Shown here piece by piece: positions 63,559 to 64,000 of a stretch of DNA of 64,000 nucleotides. This stretch comes from an uncultured Planctomycetaceae bacterium. Its GTDB lineage: Bacteria > Planctomycetota > Planctomycetia > Isosphaerales > Isosphaeraceae. Location: positions 2,016,001 to 2,080,000 of the forward strand of contig CAWIAD010000002.1 of NCBI GenBank assembly GCA_963833985.1, given 5' to 3'. The first letter of the stretch is position 1, and the number at the start of each line of letters is the position of its first letter. The notes under the pieces are model-generated. The model saw only the letters and a list, made by a program, of their open reading frames with translations. It searched no databases and was not told where the DNA came from. The position numbers were made by a program, and so were the translations under genes.

Positions 63559-64000
63559 GTGAGGAACCTGGATGAACTGAAGTCGGAGTGTGCCAGCCAT
63601 GGAATCACCGTCGCGTCTGAGGGGCGTGTAAGTAAAGGGCCCTACATCACTGCCCTGCGAGATCACTTCTGGCAACAGCACCACCATGGACAGCCTTTCC
63701 CGCCCCAGATACACCCCATGCTACTGGGTAAATGGGCCGACCTTGATCCCGCCGAGGTTCAACGAATCGAGGAAGAACCGGGCTGGATAGTCCAACCCAA
63801 ACTGGACGGCGTTCGAGCCCTCATGCACATCGAATCCTCAGGGATCCGGATCACCAGTCGATGTGTCAGCGAGGTCACCTACCGTCTGGGCGAATTTCAG
63901 GACAATCTGCCCCACTTGACGACTGGAATGTCAGGCCTCGAAGGAACGATCCTGGATGGCGAATTGGTCTTTCCGTCATCGACGTTGGACACCGGCAAAA
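63559..64000 (+). CDS. ATP-dependent DNA ligase family protein, 3'-partial (absent from the ORF track)
   Basis: GAGGAG RBS + GTG; my translation gives HPML, WIVQPKLDGVRA (motif I KxDG), ITSR and TILDGELV (motif III); open to the window end. Confidence 0.85.
   Translation, partial: MRNLDELKSECASHGITVASEGRVSKGPYITALRDHFWQQHHHGQPFPPQIHPMLLGKWADLDPAEVQRIEEEPGWIVQPKLDGVRALMHIESSGIRITSRCVSEVTYRLGEFQDNLPHLTTGMSGLEGTILDGELVFPSSTLDTGK

Larger units (their letters stand above)
47009..64000. mobile_element. tRNA-Ser-anchored genomic island / integrative element, extends past the window
   Basis: att-like tRNA fragment; visibly lower GC and weaker GC3 bias; co-oriented + strand genes for primase, AAA+, HTH/RHH and ligase. 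Integrase not seen. Confidence 0.85.

Noticed and set aside
47009..64000. Island-wide TGA recoding
   Set aside because: Paralogs B1/B2 and A1/A2 end at equivalent TGA codons, and an ATGA coupling uses TGA as stop.

Overview
GC-rich bacterial chromosome segment with Planctomycetota hallmarks, probably Isosphaeraceae-like (inference): a LEERCLLS-motif giant extracellular protein, a PEP-CTERM protein, a DUF1559 prepilin-like protein, a C-terminally extended ECF sigma factor, an LRR protein and an FG-GAP/ASPIC-UnbV protein. Bases 1-47008 hold mostly housekeeping genes (hisI, serA, surE, mscL, dusB, aldehyde dehydrogenase, aminotransferase). They also carry a complete 2000-bp IS1634-like element with a CTAG target duplication, a 420-bp transposase-less element (16-bp TIRs, 10-bp TSD) loaded with REP-like hairpins, a GTAG-REP tandem array and a vanadium haloperoxidase remnant. 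A ~1.1-kb tandem duplication of tRNA-Ser(CGA) plus a Uma2 gene ends in a 3'-half tRNA copy (att-like) at 46948-47008. From 47009 to the window end lies a visibly lower-GC island whose recognisable genes are all on the + strand. It encodes a clamp-loader-like AAA+ ATPase, an AEP primase-polymerase, several RHH/HTH regulators, two paralog pairs of unknown function, a HhH-GPD-like protein and an ATP-dependent DNA ligase that runs off the end. No integrase is visible in the window. Many core genes carry small frameshifts, most likely sequencing/assembly indels. All family calls come from motif recognition by eye, not database searches.
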